Source: Camelus ferus (taxonomy: Eukaryota). From it: a stretch of DNA of 64,000 nt. The notes under the pieces are model-generated. The model was not told the DNA's origin and ran no database searches. It was given only the letters and a program-made list of their open reading frames with translations. Below are positions 62,645-64,000 of the stretch, in pieces (position 1 is the stretch's first letter; each line of letters starts with the position of its first letter). A program made the position numbers and the translations under genes. The stretch is from the NCBI RefSeq assembly GCF_009834535.1, contig NC_045719.1, positions 7,254,001 through 7,318,000 of the forward strand, read 5' to 3'.

Positions 62645-64000
62645 ACCTTCCTACTGCAACTTAAGATAGACAAGTAAGTAAATGGAGGCTCTTGAAATGC
62701 ATCTTATGAAAGCCTTACAGACTGCCTTGTGTTGTTCCCTCTGGGTATCATTTTACCAGTGAAATTACTTCTAATTCATGGTCCCAAGGCAGGTATTAAC
62801 TAGCAATAAGTTATCAAATTACCTCTTATTAAAATTTAAAGAAAAATGTCAAGCAGGCTTTCATTATGTCATTATGTGATTTTTATTTCTCCTTTGAACT
62901 ATTCAGAATACTTTCAATAACCTGAAGATAAAATCTCCCTTTTGAAGATGGCCATCTNNNNNNNNNNNNNNNNNNNNNNNNNNNNNNNNNNNNNNNNNNN
63001 NNNNNNNNNNNNNNNNNNNNNNNNNNNNNNNNNNNNNNNNNNNNNNNNNNNNNNNNNNNNNNNNNNNNNNNNNNNNNNNNNNNNNNNNNNNNNNNNNNNN
63101 NNNNNNNNNNNNNNNATTTATTCTACTCAGAACCAGAAAGAACTAGATTTTCTGATGTGATCCACACTTTTAGATAGTAACAAGGGTATGAAAATGAGCG
63201 CTTCACTTCTTTGGCCATAGAGAGAAATCTTAAGTCTTCCTAACAAATGCTAGAAAACTGTCCTGGCATTTACAATGAAAGTCCTACCTCTATCATTCTA
63301 AGTCGACCTGATTGTACACTACATTATAAGTGAGGACCCAACAAGTAGAGTTGATTTTTAAAAAAGTAACTCTCTTAGTTAACATGTGGGGGTATGAAAG
63401 ATATACAGTTAGGCTAGGGGAGTCGTGATCAGTTTAAGGGGAACATGCAGTGTTCATGACTTTAGTCTTTAATATTGGCAGAAATTTTACACAAGGTTCA
63501 TGGACTGGCATCTACAGACGGGCACTAGGGCTTCTGTGAAGCTCCTGAAGTGATAAATAAATTGTACATTTTTAGGGAGAGATAATGCCTCACTGTCACC
63601 AGATTCCCAAAATTCATGACCATAACCCCTTAAATGCCCTAAGAATCACTTTTGTAAGGGAGCCCTTTTCTAGAAACAGACTAGCCCTCAAGCCACTCCC
63701 TAAAGCTCCCAGAACTTATAATTCCTACCATCATAACCCAAGGGGCTGCTGTTGGGTGTTTCCAGCCTTTCTGAAGCATTTAGTTTCCAAATAAGTTGAC
63801 TTGAGCCTCTATTCCACATGTCCGTAGCCCCCCTTAGTATTTCTGAGAATTCTTGGTGGGAGCACTTGTGTTCCTCCCGGTCACCTCCCACTCTGATTTT
63901 CTACTCTAATCACTCTTTGTAACATTTGCTACATGGAAAATAGCCCTGCTTCCTGTATTCCCCAAAGTACCATTAGCATAATGCAGTTGTATATAACAAC

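Noticed and set aside
1-64000. Prokaryotic-type systems (CRISPR arrays, operons, defence islands) or a second protein-coding gene
   Set aside because: The window is spliced mammalian DNA. I found no regularly spaced direct-repeat arrays and no other exon chain with coding signal.

Overview
Mammalian genomic DNA, most likely camelid: eight copies of a tRNA-derived SINE resemble the camelid Vic-1 family, and the L1 3' ends are cetartiodactyl-type. The only protein-coding gene is ADCYAP1 (prepro-PACAP) on the minus strand. Its four coding exons (44367-44258, 42119-41988, 41537-41439, 40368-40179; 110+132+99+190 = 531 nt) give 176 aa with GT-AG junctions and a PACAP38 identical to the canonical mammalian peptide. 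The gene lies in a CpG island, with a TATA-like element at 45236-45243, a 5'UTR exon with tandem donors, and a ~2.5 kb 3'UTR ending near AATAAA at 37714-37719. The rest is intergenic and repeat-rich: a decayed class I ERV (about 9185-13068) with a solo LTR nested in its RT gene, a two-LTR non-autonomous ERV1 with intact 4-bp TSDs (18857-23914), solo LTRs, L1 fragments, MIR/CR1, MLT/MER elements and eight N-runs. I see no support for a wholly new biological system. The best leads are regulatory: a non-canonical wide-spacer REST site in the promoter, a donor choice that toggles an upstream AUG next to the PACAP start codon, an orphan CpG island on an ERV LTR, and candidate antisense and testis-specific exons. 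Repeat family names are from recognition only and were not searched against a database.
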